A stretch of DNA of 64,000 bases from a virus. Lineage: Duplodnaviria > Caudoviricetes. Numbering within the stretch: the stretch's first letter is position 1; each line of letters opens with the position of its first letter. The DNA lies in IMG/VR virus record IMGVR_UViG_3300013947_000021, positions 96,001 to 160,000 of that record. One strand, given 5' to 3'. Shown here one piece after another: positions 41,713-51,861 of this stretch. The notes beneath the pieces were generated by a model. The model was given only the letters and a program-made list of their open reading frames with translations. It was not told where the DNA came from and did no database searches. The position numbers were made by a program, and so were the translations under genes.

Positions 41713-42441
41713 TTATCTACGTAATATTGTATTACGATCTATTAAATTTAAATATTTCTTAACTTTATCTGCGCGAATAAAATATGTCATAGGATCTTCT
41801 CCTATGACCGTTATATTTTCAGATGGTACTTCTATTCGTTGATTGATATAGTCATATAATACTGCTCGTGAAGTATTATCTACTAAATCATTATACTTGC
41901 ATAAATATTCCATATTTACTCCAAGATATTCTGGAGCTATACCATTCTCATGTATAAATGATCGTTTAGCATCATTTATATTGCATGTAGATCTATGATC
42001 TAATACATGTCCTCTTTGGTGATAGAATTCTACTTTCATATCATTAGAGACTATTGTATTAAATACTTGAATAAATCTTTGTTGATTTAAAACTGGATTT
42101 CCTTGTGCTGAATAAAGTATATTATTATTCATATTCTTTATCCAGCTAGGAATCCATTCTCTTAATCCAAAAATAGATATTCTTGAATCTGAAAATATTC
42201 TAAATAGAATATTCTTATCTTTTTGATATAATTCAGCCGCTTTATTTACTGCTGTGAGTATTGCTAGGATTTCTGCTGAATTATTTGTTGCATTTTTTTC
42301 AATTGTACAAATTACATCCTCATATGAATGTAAAACTTGTTGTGTCTTAAAATCTTGTACAGACATTGAGTATGCTGCGCAAGCAATCTTAAGAGGTGCA
42401 TCAATAGATGCATCACAATAAAAATTAATAATTTTGTCCAT
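41713..42441 (-). CDS. rnhA: Ribonuclease HI
   Basis: YCDAS, TNNSAEILAI, IFSDS, QRGH, NDLVD catalytic motifs. Confidence 0.85.
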   Translation of the reverse strand: MDKIINFYCDASIDAPLKIACAAYSMSVQDFKTQQVLHSYEDVICTIEKNATNNSAEILAILTAVNKAAELYQKDKNILFRIFSDSRISIFGLREWIPSWIKNMNNNILYSAQGNPVLNQQRFIQVFNTIVSNDMKVEFYHQRGHVLDHRSTCNINDAKRSFIHENGIAPEYLGVNMEYLCKYNDLVDNTSRAVLYDYINQRIEVPSENITVIGEDPMTYFIRADKVKKYLNLIDRNTILRR

Positions 42442-42639
42442 GATAAACTCCTCATATATTTAAAATTAAGTAAGATAAATAATAATCTTACTCATGAATA
42501 TAATATGCAACCATATTCGATAATAAAAAATAAATACTAGTAGCAGAAATGCTACTAGTATTTATCAGAAAGTGAGTAAAACGAATGACAGATTTTTAAT
42601 TAGAGGGCAACTTCTAACTACTATATTGTTATATAGTAT

Positions 42640-43212
42640 TTAAGCCTTTACCATTGCAACCTTACCCTCAAGCTCCTTAACGGTATCAAGGGTCTTCTTA
42701 AGCTTCTTCTTACCCTTGCCCTTCTTCTTGCCACACTTGGACTCAAGAATAGCGGTCTCTGCAAGGAAAGCGCATTCAGACGAGATAACAACAGCAACCT
42801 GATCCGGCTCAACGCCATTCTTCTTAGCGATATCATCGATAACGCTAGCAGCATCCGGCTCATTAGCCTCAACGTCTGCCTCAGACGGCTTAGTATCCGG
42901 CTCATCCATCTGCTCAGCAGCCTTCTCTTCACCTTCGGCCTCCTTAATAGCAATAACATCCTCAAGCTTAACGAGGTACTTAATATTGCTATTACGGTAC
43001 TTACCATTAGCTCTCATAAGAGCAACAGACTCAGTTGTTACCGGGATACCACCATTAGTAGTCTTATCCTCAGGCTTAACTTCTTCAACATTATTCGAAA
43101 GAACATCCTCAAGCTCGTCAACAGTATCCTTTACTTCATCCGAAACCTCAGGATCAAGAAGATCAGCAGTAGCTGCTTCAGAAAGCAGTCTTCTATTAGT
43201 CTTGAAAATCAT
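42640..43212 (-). CDS. Acidic late protein, probably highly expressed
   Basis: AAGGAGG SD, late motif 43285-43296, strong codon bias. Confidence 0.65.
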   Translation of the reverse strand: MIFKTNRRLLSEAATADLLDPEVSDEVKDTVDELEDVLSNNVEEVKPEDKTTNGGIPVTTESVALMRANGKYRNSNIKYLVKLEDVIAIKEAEGEEKAAEQMDEPDTKPSEADVEANEPDAASVIDDIAKKNGVEPDQVAVVISSECAFLAETAILESKCGKKKGKGKKKLKKTLDTVKELEGKVAMVKA

Positions 43213-43320
43213 AGTTTATTTCCTCCTTTAGGATTATTTATATAAATATTTTTTGATATTTATTCCAAAATATGTACTGGAATTTATCTATATGTTGTAG
43301 CTTGGGTAGTTTTAATTTAT

Positions 43321-44037
43321 TTATTTTGTATTTATAATATCATTAATTCTATCTTTTACCATGGAAATAATATCTTCTGTCTTAGGTAATTTATAAAAAC
43401 CAGATATATCTACATAAACATACTGCTTAGAAAGTATAGTCTTTACAAGATCATCATTATAAATTTCAGTAGATTTCTCAATATGCTCAAGAGTTTCTAA
43501 TTGTTCAGGAAGCATAAAATCTCTATACCTATCAACAAATTCTTTATACTTTCCTAATACAGCAGTAGTAGGAACAAAAAGATATTGTGCATGAACTAAT
43601 TCATGAACAGTTTCTGCAAGAGGAATAAGTCCAACCATAAGATTATAATGAAGATACATTACTTCTTTAGCAACCCATTCTTCTTCTATAGATTCATGAA
43701 ATGCTACTCTCTTATTATAAACTATAAGGCAAATATCATAAAGAGATAAAGGTTCATGATGAATCTCTATATGTACTTTAGGATTATCTATATTATTAAT
43801 ATTCTGATAGAATGCACATTGATTCATATCCATATATTCTCTAAGATAATTAATCATAGATTTATATTCAAATGAACCACGTACATCTCTTTCCACATTC
43901 TGTATATATTTCTTAAATTGTTTCTCATCAGCAAGATCATAGTCTTGAAAATTATATTCAGGAATATCTTTCATTTCTATAACTGCCGGAGGAGCTTCCA
44001 ATTCATATGACTTTGCTATATTATCAGGATCACGCAT
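43321..44037 (-). CDS. Conserved protein with HNH-like IEIHH motif; paralog of 33381-34046
   Basis: C...IEIHHEPLSLYDICL...L.ETVHELVH. Confidence 0.6.
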   Translation of the reverse strand: MRDPDNIAKSYELEAPPAVIEMKDIPEYNFQDYDLADEKQFKKYIQNVERDVRGSFEYKSMINYLREYMDMNQCAFYQNINNIDNPKVHIEIHHEPLSLYDICLIVYNKRVAFHESIEEEWVAKEVMYLHYNLMVGLIPLAETVHELVHAQYLFVPTTAVLGKYKEFVDRYRDFMLPEQLETLEHIEKSTEIYNDDLVKTILSKQYVYVDISGFYKLPKTEDIISMVKDRINDIINTK

Positions 44038-44175
44038 GATTACACACCTCCATTACCAAGATGTTCAATTTCAATCAATTAGAAAAAAAAATAAAATTTA
44101 ATATATTCATTATCGGTATGGTAAGATAATCCTTACCATACCGTATAAGTAATTTAAATTTTATTCAATTTTAAA

Positions 44176-44601
44176 TTATTTAAGACCAAGTTTATTTTTC
44201 ATAAACTGATATCGCCTATTATGATATATATCTGAATGAGTTGCATACCAAGTATTCATCCATTTTCCGCTTGCATCATTATTCCATGGAGTAATTACAA
44301 GATGGCCATCTGAAATATATCTATGATAGCAATCACCATCAGATGAAAGTATTGAAATATACTTGCTACATGAATGTAGATAAAATCTATATTTATATTT
44401 ATTTGAAATTATAGAATTACGAATATAATATTTTCCATAATATGTTGGTAATGTCCATTCTCCTATAGTATTAAATGTATCACGTAACTTTCCATTAACA
44501 AGACTAAGCATATACTTAATTCTTTTATATGACATAGGCTTGGATTTAATTATAGATGTTTTCATTTCTTTTTCTTGTTTCTTTGCTATTCTCTTATTCA
44601 T
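44176..44601 (-). CDS. Basic hypothetical protein (likely start MNKRIAKK)
   Basis: AAGGAG SD before ATG 44601; early motif 44663-44680. Confidence 0.55.
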   Translation of the reverse strand: MNKRIAKKQEKEMKTSIIKSKPMSYKRIKYMLSLVNGKLRDTFNTIGEWTLPTYYGKYYIRNSIISNKYKYRFYLHSCSKYISILSSDGDCYHRYISDGHLVITPWNNDASGKWMNTWYATHSDIYHNRRYQFMKNKLGLK

Positions 44602-44726
44602 TTTTATTCTCCTTTTGTTTTTTTTAATGATATAGAATTCATTATTCAAAAATATATTTATCTTTCATAATTATAATATACAAATAAAAAATAAATAGGG
44701 ATTGAATATTCAATCCCTATTTATTC

Positions 44727-45083
44727 TTAGAATATAGCATAATAGAGTTCTGCTATATTCAGCCCGAAGGTTTTTTCGAAAGCCTGGCCTTTCTTCGTAT
44801 TGATGAAATCTTCAATACGGCTCATTTCATTGGAAGCATCATCCATGCTTCCAAAATTGAACTGGAAATTATCACTTCCAGAAATTATTTCCAAATATTC
44901 ACGGGAACCAAAATCTCCACATGAGGTATTAGAATATTTGATCATTGCATAGTGATCAAATATTCTGACAATCATCCAACCCTCAGGCTGGCTATATCCG
45001 CCGCCATTACTGGCAACTTCTGAATTGGCATAGGGGTTGCTTTCATTAAACTCATACCCAATCATTTCTAATGCTTCTTTCAT
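44727..45083 (-). CDS. Hypothetical early protein
   Basis: AAGGAGA SD; long structured leader. Confidence 0.65.
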   Translation of the reverse strand: MKEALEMIGYEFNESNPYANSEVASNGGGYSQPEGWMIVRIFDHYAMIKYSNTSCGDFGSREYLEIISGSDNFQFNFGSMDDASNEMSRIEDFINTKKGQAFEKTFGLNIAELYYAIF

Positions 45084-45334
45084 AATATTTTCTCCTTTAC
45101 ATTTCCATATACCATATGTATATACATATTAATATATCTAATATTTATATATTAATATGGAATTTATTCTTATACGTACTAATGAAACTACTGTATCCAT
45201 ATATAGTCAGTATATGGAGAGATGTATTTTTATTATACATCTTCTTTATTTCATAATTATATTATATAAATAAAATAATAGAATATTGCAAAAAAAAAAT
45301 AAAAGGGTAGAATATCTTTCTACCCTTATTACTT

Positions 45335-45922
45335 TTACTCTACATTAAACTGAAACTGTATATCTCTTTCATTCTTATATTTCTCATCAATTAAAGTTTT
45401 TAATTTATTAAATGATGATATAAAATTAAATTTATCATTATCCATCATATCTACAAAAATATATACATTATCAGTTTCATTATTAATATTATATTTCCTA
45501 TAGAATATAGAAATTATAAATTGATTAGCGAATGGATCAAATACAATTTCAATTCCATAAGAATATAATTTAGTATTTGAATTATCATAAATATTCTTAG
45601 TTATAAAGATAGTTTTAGTTTTATAATAATCATCAGTTATAGATGAAATATTAATCGATTTATCTTCAACTAGTGATTTATGATGTCCTAAAGCAGTTAT
45701 TAATTTATCTATAACACCTTTTATAGAATAATTAATAGACAATCCAGTTATTTCATTTTGAGGAAATACAAGATTAAATATTGGAATAAATTTTTCGATT
45801 AAATTATCTAATTCTTTATTAGAGATATTAAAATAATAACAATTATATTCATCTGAATTTGGTATGCTATATTTATTAGATAAAGTTTTTATAAAAATAC
45901 TATTTTTTAATTGTGCTACCAT
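45335..45922 (-). CDS. Paralog family P2 (~190 aa)
   Basis: IEKFIPIFNLVF motif, divergent member. Confidence 0.55.
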   Translation of the reverse strand: MVAQLKNSIFIKTLSNKYSIPNSDEYNCYYFNISNKELDNLIEKFIPIFNLVFPQNEITGLSINYSIKGVIDKLITALGHHKSLVEDKSINISSITDDYYKTKTIFITKNIYDNSNTKLYSYGIEIVFDPFANQFIISIFYRKYNINNETDNVYIFVDMMDNDKFNFISSFNKLKTLIDEKYKNERDIQFQFNVE

Positions 45923-46478
45923 TTTTATTACCTCGTATTCTCATATATTCATTTTCATCAATCAATTCTATTTCAAGATTAGATAGAGATAGAGTTCTAT
46001 TACAAACCATAATTAAAAAATCTCTGATATTATCAATAAAGTAGTATTGTGCAATTTCAGTAATATTAAGTTTATATGAAAATTCTAAATCAATATTTTC
46101 ATATATATCAATATTTTTATTATCGCATTCATACGTATAATATCCTGAACTAATTACAATACCAGCATTATATACATTTTCACTAATTTTTGTTAAACAT
46201 ATACAGATTACATCTTTGTCATTAACCATTCTATACAGTCCAATATAGAATGATGAAATACATGATTCATCTGCACTAGTATTTGATACTAACTTGCAAT
46301 GTCTTCTTGCTGTTTCAATCATTTTTGAGGTATTATCTGAATAATATTCAAGCTTTGGAATATTTTCAGATTCATTATATAATAAATTTACAAGATCTTT
46401 AAATACTATCAGTGCATCATATAAATTATTTATATCCGATGTTTTAAATGTCTGAAGTTCTTTTTTTGCTTTAATCAT
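45900..46478 (-). CDS. Paralog family P2
   Basis: LYDALIVFKDLVNLLYNESE. Confidence 0.65.
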   Translation of the reverse strand: MIKAKKELQTFKTSDINNLYDALIVFKDLVNLLYNESENIPKLEYYSDNTSKMIETARRHCKLVSNTSADESCISSFYIGLYRMVNDKDVICICLTKISENVYNAGIVISSGYYTYECDNKNIDIYENIDLEFSYKLNITEIAQYYFIDNIRDFLIMVCNRTLSLSNLEIELIDENEYMRIRGNKNGSTIKK

Positions 46479-46480
46479 TT

Positions 46481-47065
46481 TTAATTCTCCTTTTCATTAT
46501 TAATAACCACATCTTCTTCAGTACCAAAATAAGCAGACATAGATATTAAATACAATTTATTATTTTCGATCATTTCAAAAAATCTTATTCCATTATCTTT
46601 AAAGAATTCATATCCCATTTTTGCAAAATCACAATCATATGTAATTTTTGCAAATTCATTTCGATTACGATATTCTTCAAATGGATCAGATGCTAATTCC
46701 ATAACTGGATGTATAATTCCAATTCCAGTAGCAAATTTCTCATCATGGCCAATTATATATACTATAAAATAGTAATTTCTAACTCCCTTAGAGAAACGTA
46801 AAAATACTGTATCTTGATAATTAAATACATTAGATACTGCAGCATCATATATTTTATTACTTCCATCTTTATCTGAAAATAATATAGCATGATTTGCTGA
46901 TTCAGTGATTAATGTAGTCATATTATCTGTAGAATAATTAAGCAATTTATCAGTTTCAGATTCATCAAATAATAAATTTACAAGATCTTTATACATTAAT
47001 AAAGCATCATGTAAAGACATCTGATGACTCTTAAATACAACTGCAGCTTGAGTGTACTTAATCAT
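46481..47065 (-). CDS. Paralog family P2
   Basis: LHDALLMYKDLVNLLFDESE. Confidence 0.65.
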   Translation of the reverse strand: MIKYTQAAVVFKSHQMSLHDALLMYKDLVNLLFDESETDKLLNYSTDNMTTLITESANHAILFSDKDGSNKIYDAAVSNVFNYQDTVFLRFSKGVRNYYFIVYIIGHDEKFATGIGIIHPVMELASDPFEEYRNRNEFAKITYDCDFAKMGYEFFKDNGIRFFEMIENNKLYLISMSAYFGTEEDVVINNEKEN

Positions 47066-47066
47066 T

Positions 47067-47633
47067 TTATAATACCTCAGTTTTATTATCTATTAAACCA
47101 TTAGATTCGCATAATGATTTAAATTTAGAAAAGTAATCTCCGTATAAAGTTGCACGTAATTTAGTTCCTATCTTTGTCATAGCATTTATTTGCTCAAGAT
47201 TTACATCATCTTTATTCATATTAGATACTATAGAACTTGCATGTGCTTGAATAAACCCAATAATCCTATTATTATCAATAATAGGACTAATTGATATTGA
47301 TAAAGATTTATGTATATCATTATTATCTATTGGCTCATATTTAAAACCATAAATTTTTAATGGCTTATTCTCATTCTCTATTGGACGTATGAAAATAGTC
47401 AATGGACTCTTCTTTTTATTAAGCTTTGAATTTGCTTTAATATCAGAAGACATTTTATTTATTTTTTCATAGATTTCATTATATATACTTAATTCATCTT
47501 TAGCATAATCTATTTCAATATGATTATACTCTTTAATATCCTTAAAAGTTTCATTTAAGATATTTATAAATATCTTAAAATTAGTAATGTAATCATCTTT
47601 TTTAGATTCAAATCTATTATAAAAACTTACCAC
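47067..47633 (-). CDS. Paralog family P2
   Basis: YITNFKIFINILNETF...YNHIEI. Confidence 0.6.
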   Translation of the reverse strand: MVSFYNRFESKKDDYITNFKIFINILNETFKDIKEYNHIEIDYAKDELSIYNEIYEKINKMSSDIKANSKLNKKKSPLTIFIRPIENENKPLKIYGFKYEPIDNNDIHKSLSISISPIIDNNRIIGFIQAHASSIVSNMNKDDVNLEQINAMTKIGTKLRATLYGDYFSKFKSLCESNGLIDNKTEVL

Positions 47634-47700
47634 TTTAAATTCTCCTTATAAAAATAAAAATGCAGTGTGAATTTAATCACACTGCATTCCTTTTATTAAT

Positions 47701-48279
47701 TTATCGAATAGTAATACTAGTACGATTCAAACCGTACTTATCACAAATATTCTTAAGCTCTGCATAATTCATTCCAAGAGCCTTATCTACTCCTGCAGGA
47801 GTATTAAGGGAGCGAACGAAATATGACATAGCTTCTCCACTCTTTTCTATAGTATAGAAGTATATAAATACTACAACCTTAGCACTCATATTTCCTCTAT
47901 GTATTTCAGGAATAAGTCTAACTTCTATAGACTTATACTTTCCATCTTCACTATAGGGAGTAATATACTTATATGCACAATAAGTATAAATATTATCAAG
48001 GAAATTTTCTTTATTCTGATACTTTTTAGGAAGAGTATCTACATTAATACAGGAAGGGAGTGCACGACACATAAACATGTCATTTTCATCCATCTGCTTA
48101 ACTACTACTTCCATCTGTTCTTTAGCATCATCAAAAGTCTTTGCATCAAAATCTATATGAGTATATCCATCAGTCTTATCGAAAAGTTCATTTGTCAAAT
48201 CAGTGAACTTTTTAAGAGCTTTAATATATCCAGAAGGATTTTCCTCGATACTAGTAATAAAAACTTTACGCATTTCCAT
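47701..48279 (-). CDS. Paralog family P2
   Basis: YIKALKKFTDLTNELF...YTHIDF. Confidence 0.65.
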   Translation of the reverse strand: MEMRKVFITSIEENPSGYIKALKKFTDLTNELFDKTDGYTHIDFDAKTFDDAKEQMEVVVKQMDENDMFMCRALPSCINVDTLPKKYQNKENFLDNIYTYCAYKYITPYSEDGKYKSIEVRLIPEIHRGNMSAKVVVFIYFYTIEKSGEAMSYFVRSLNTPAGVDKALGMNYAELKNICDKYGLNRTSITIR

Positions 48280-48299
48280 TTTATTTATCCCCTTTTTAA

Positions 48300-48869
48300 T
48301 TAAAATTTTTCAATATCAATTTCAGGTACATCAAGTCTCATATATTCGCTAAAAAGCTTCTTATATGTATTGAAATCAATTCCAAATATTTTCTTAAATT
48401 CAGTTGCATTATTAATTTTACTGATATCTTCAAAAACATCATCGGAATCAGATGTTTTACTAAAATTAACCATCATATCGAGATACAATCTCTTATGTCT
48501 ATTCTTTGTATATTTAGCATCTATAATGGTTGGGCAAAGATTTATAAATGTATTTGCATCATGTAAATTAGTAAACTTAACCACAAGATCTATCAGGTTT
48601 TCATCTTCAGAACGAGGATATGTAAAGACTTCTACAGTTCCAAGTTCATTATGATTAATATTACCAGCAAGATCTTCAATCTGCCAAATAACCTCTTTAA
48701 GAGCTCCAAGATTCTTTTTCTGTGTAATCTTTATCTCCTTATAAGTTTCATTCTTATCACGCTCAAGAATCTTATTAAAAAGATTAACAAATTTCTTGAG
48801 TGAATTCATAAATGATATAGATTCTGCATCATCGTAAAATTGTCGGAAAAGGAAGTTTGTTGAGATCAT
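48300..48869 (-). CDS. Paralog family P2
   Basis: FMNSLKKFVNLFNKIL...YKEIKI; early promoter 48919-48936. Confidence 0.65.
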   Translation of the reverse strand: MISTNFLFRQFYDDAESISFMNSLKKFVNLFNKILERDKNETYKEIKITQKKNLGALKEVIWQIEDLAGNINHNELGTVEVFTYPRSEDENLIDLVVKFTNLHDANTFINLCPTIIDAKYTKNRHKRLYLDMMVNFSKTSDSDDVFEDISKINNATEFKKIFGIDFNTYKKLFSEYMRLDVPEIDIEKF

Positions 48870-48951
48870 TTTGATTTCTCCTTAAAATATATTTTATTAA
48901 AATAATCATTATTGATTATTTCATATTTATAATATATCTTTATATATGTAT

Positions 48952-49578
48952 TTAAATAATTACTCTAAATAAATTTTCATCACTACTTATAATATTCCTA
49001 TTACCAATATTAAAGCCAACAAGATTGAATTTCTTATTAGTTAAATAAGTATTATATTTTGCAGAATTTTCACTAAACGGTTTATTAGAACTAAATGTCT
49101 TCATAATCTCTTTAAGAAGGATATTATTAAATATTGAAGATGTATTTTTAATATTATTATCATTAGCATCGTTAGAACAGAATTCAAATGATATATTTAT
49201 TTTATATCTATCTACTGTTCCAGATATTACTTTTAATGAAATATTAGTTACTATAAGATCTCCGCAATTACTAGAATTCACATCATAACCCCAGAGATAT
49301 TTAATATGATAACCTTCATCACTAGATTCAGAAATATCAATACATTTCTTACTAGTTTTATACTTTACATTAGAATGTATTTTTCGTAATGCAGATGTAA
49401 TATAATTACTATCATATTTTGCATTCTTTACAATATCAGCATCAATTATATCAGAGCCAATATTCATTTTAATAAAATCAGAAATTATTGTAAAGAATGA
49501 TCGAGCTGCATTAGATGAATTTGTAAATATTTTATAATAGTTAATGACTATATCATTATTCCAATTTTTATTGTTCAT
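48952..49578 (-). CDS. Hypothetical protein (likely start MNNKNW)
   Basis: GAGG SD before ATG 49578, right after the thyX stop. Confidence 0.55.
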   Translation of the reverse strand: MNNKNWNNDIVINYYKIFTNSSNAARSFFTIISDFIKMNIGSDIIDADIVKNAKYDSNYITSALRKIHSNVKYKTSKKCIDISESSDEGYHIKYLWGYDVNSSNCGDLIVTNISLKVISGTVDRYKINISFEFCSNDANDNNIKNTSSIFNNILLKEIMKTFSSNKPFSENSAKYNTYLTNKKFNLVGFNIGNRNIISSDENLFRVII

Positions 49579-49579
49579 C

Positions 49580-51004
49580 TCAAACCTCTTCATTATTTTT
49601 ATAATTATTTTCGGAAGATATATCTTTATAATCTTTTTCAACCTGCTTAGTATCTATTCCAAAATTATTAGCAATAATTTCTTCTACACTCTTTACAGGT
49701 TCACCGACAAATTCTTCAGTATCAATATCTTCAGCAATATATTCATCAATAGCATACTTAGGTCTAATAAGCTCATTGATAAATTCATTATGCTCTTTAC
49801 ACCAATCATATAAAGATGATGCAAAAGTTCTAATCTCTGCCTGTGCAGCAGTATCTACTCTAAGTATAAAGAACATGAAAAGATTACTAAATGTAAACGT
49901 CATAAATATCTTTCCACATTCTACATTACTAGGAAGAAATGCTCTTGCATCTTCCTTAAGAAGTGCCTGTTTAATACCTTCCTCTTCATTAAGAGATTTA
50001 TTAGTAAGATCTTTATATATTCCAATTTCTGCTTTGCCAATATCAGCTAAAGTCATAGAATATTTGTTTCCACCAAATTCAAAGTTATACTTAGTATTTG
50101 AATCGTATCTGTCTGTAAATCTATCAGGAGATGCAAATGAAGCATCACTATAATTTACATATCTCTGGCTTTCCTGTGTAATAGCATTTCTATGTCTTAC
50201 AAGCTGATGAGTACAAGTTCTACTCATATTCTTAAAAAGTATAGTAACCGACAAGAAGTCATATACATCTCTTTCATTAAATATCTTCTTAGTCTCTCCA
50301 TAAGTAAGTAATGCATTATTAAGTCTTTCAAGGAAGATATCGATATTATCAATCCAGAGTATATCAAATAACTTTGTAGATACTCTATTAATTCCTTCAG
50401 CAGGTCTTATACTCTTAGAACAATTATACATAAGAACTTTATCAGTATTTTCAAAGTCTTCTTTTTGTAATATGGAACTTAAATGTTCGTCTTTCAGAAT
50501 ATCTTCGAAAAAACAACTATGAGCACAGCTCTTAAGCTGTCTAATAATAAACTTTAATACAGTATTGCTATAGATATTATCAATATTCTTTATAAGATCA
50601 CTGTATGCTCTATAAGAACCACCAATAAGTAAATACCAAGCAGTATTATCAGTAGACTTCTTAATAGCAGTGCGAAGATATCTACAAGCAGATACAAGCT
50701 TTATAAGATCATCAGAATATTCATTGGGAATTTTAAGAAGCATAACACAATTGCTATGCTCAGTAACTGATGTATGTCCAATTCTAGATCTCTTAGCTAT
50801 ATATTCAGCCTGAGTATCATAGGAAGTTGGAATTGGTCTGTTCCAGCAACAAGCACAAGCTTCTGCTACAATTGGAACTGCATGATTTTCAGATATAATG
50901 GTTCCTTCTATAGAACCAATATATGTATTCTCTTTCTTTTTAGAATTCTTGGTAAAAATCTTTCCAAAGAAATTCTTATTATCACCAATAGGATTATTTG
51001 TCAT
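49580..51004 (-). CDS. thyX: Flavin-dependent thymidylate synthase with duplicated ThyX fold
   Basis: GHTSVTEH in the N-terminal half; SRTCTHQLVRHR..ITQESQRY, EDARAFLP, AQAEIR in the C-terminal half. Confidence 0.9.
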   Translation of the reverse strand: MTNNPIGDNKNFFGKIFTKNSKKKENTYIGSIEGTIISENHAVPIVAEACACCWNRPIPTSYDTQAEYIAKRSRIGHTSVTEHSNCVMLLKIPNEYSDDLIKLVSACRYLRTAIKKSTDNTAWYLLIGGSYRAYSDLIKNIDNIYSNTVLKFIIRQLKSCAHSCFFEDILKDEHLSSILQKEDFENTDKVLMYNCSKSIRPAEGINRVSTKLFDILWIDNIDIFLERLNNALLTYGETKKIFNERDVYDFLSVTILFKNMSRTCTHQLVRHRNAITQESQRYVNYSDASFASPDRFTDRYDSNTKYNFEFGGNKYSMTLADIGKAEIGIYKDLTNKSLNEEEGIKQALLKEDARAFLPSNVECGKIFMTFTFSNLFMFFILRVDTAAQAEIRTFASSLYDWCKEHNEFINELIRPKYAIDEYIAEDIDTEEFVGEPVKSVEEIIANNFGIDTKQVEKDYKDISSENNYKNNEEV

Positions 51005-51767
51005 TTTTAGATTTCCTTTCATATTTTCCATTCATTGAATTTACTACAGTAGATACTTCTTCCCATATCTCAAATGTAAGTTTGTCTCTACTTTTTATCT
51101 GTTTGTTTCTTTCATCACAATATATCCAAACTGGAGTGATTCCAGCTCGTTCAAATATCTTTCCATTTTTTATATAAGAAATCTTATCCCATACTTCTCT
51201 AAGCATATTAGTATCATTCTCATTCATATCTCTATTCTTCTTTTTCTGAAGCTCAGAGATATAAAAATCAAAATTATGATACATAAGCCATACTACAATA
51301 TCTGGGCTAGGAACTTCCATAGATTCCTCACTTCGAAAATCTTCAGGAGTGATCCTCTTATTATTATAAAGAATATTCGATACATTATATCTATCGAATA
51401 TAAATGCATGTGGATGATTTTCAGATTTATAAAGTTCTATATTAGTTGTATATCCAAATTCACGAGAGAATATTTTAGAATTCCAATATGCAACTCTATC
51501 TATTGTAAAGAATGATTTGATTACTTCAGGGCACTGCTTAAGAAGATCTCTGTCAAAATCTCCATTAAGCCACTTTTTAAGTAATGCACTAGACCAATCA
51601 TCATATCTAGGAAATGATTCATATTCTATTCTTCCAAATGGAAAAGTTGTTGCAAGCTTTTCAGCAAATGCTCTTGCATTAGTTTCTTTAAAACAATTGT
51701 CTAATCCTTCAAATGCTATAATTTTTCCTCCAGGGAAATATTCCATTGACATAAAAGTTGCCTCCAT
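50994..51767 (-). CDS. tmk: Thymidylate/dNMP kinase
   Basis: IIAFEGLD..FKET P-loop variant, SFPRY, IFDRY..SN, PDIV. Confidence 0.8.
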   Translation of the reverse strand: MEATFMSMEYFPGGKIIAFEGLDNCFKETNARAFAEKLATTFPFGRIEYESFPRYDDWSSALLKKWLNGDFDRDLLKQCPEVIKSFFTIDRVAYWNSKIFSREFGYTTNIELYKSENHPHAFIFDRYNVSNILYNNKRITPEDFRSEESMEVPSPDIVVWLMYHNFDFYISELQKKKNRDMNENDTNMLREVWDKISYIKNGKIFERAGITPVWIYCDERNKQIKSRDKLTFEIWEEVSTVVNSMNGKYERKSKNDK

Positions 51768-51861
51768 AAAAATTAATTTATATTAATGTGCACCTTTAAG
51801 TAATTTGATAAAAAATGGTTCATATTTATATATTATAAATATGAAATGGAGGTTATGAAAA

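Larger units (their letters stand above)
649..44065. promoter_or_regulatory. Dispersed late-promoter motif AACA-N6-TA: minus strand 649-660, 3090-3101, 5380-5391, 7361-7372, 8046-8057, 11910-11921, 16665-16676, 26100-26111, 29753-29764, 30691-30702, 43285-43296, 44054-44065; plus strand 16735-16746, 17809-17820, 33347-33358
   Basis: Recurs just upstream of the SD, on the coding strand, mostly of structural genes; matches the AR9 late promoter consensus. Confidence 0.75.

Noticed and set aside
42648-43007. Alternative-frame Arg/Leu-rich ORF inside 42640-43212
   Set aside because: By-product of AAG/GAG/CTT codon bias; no translation signals
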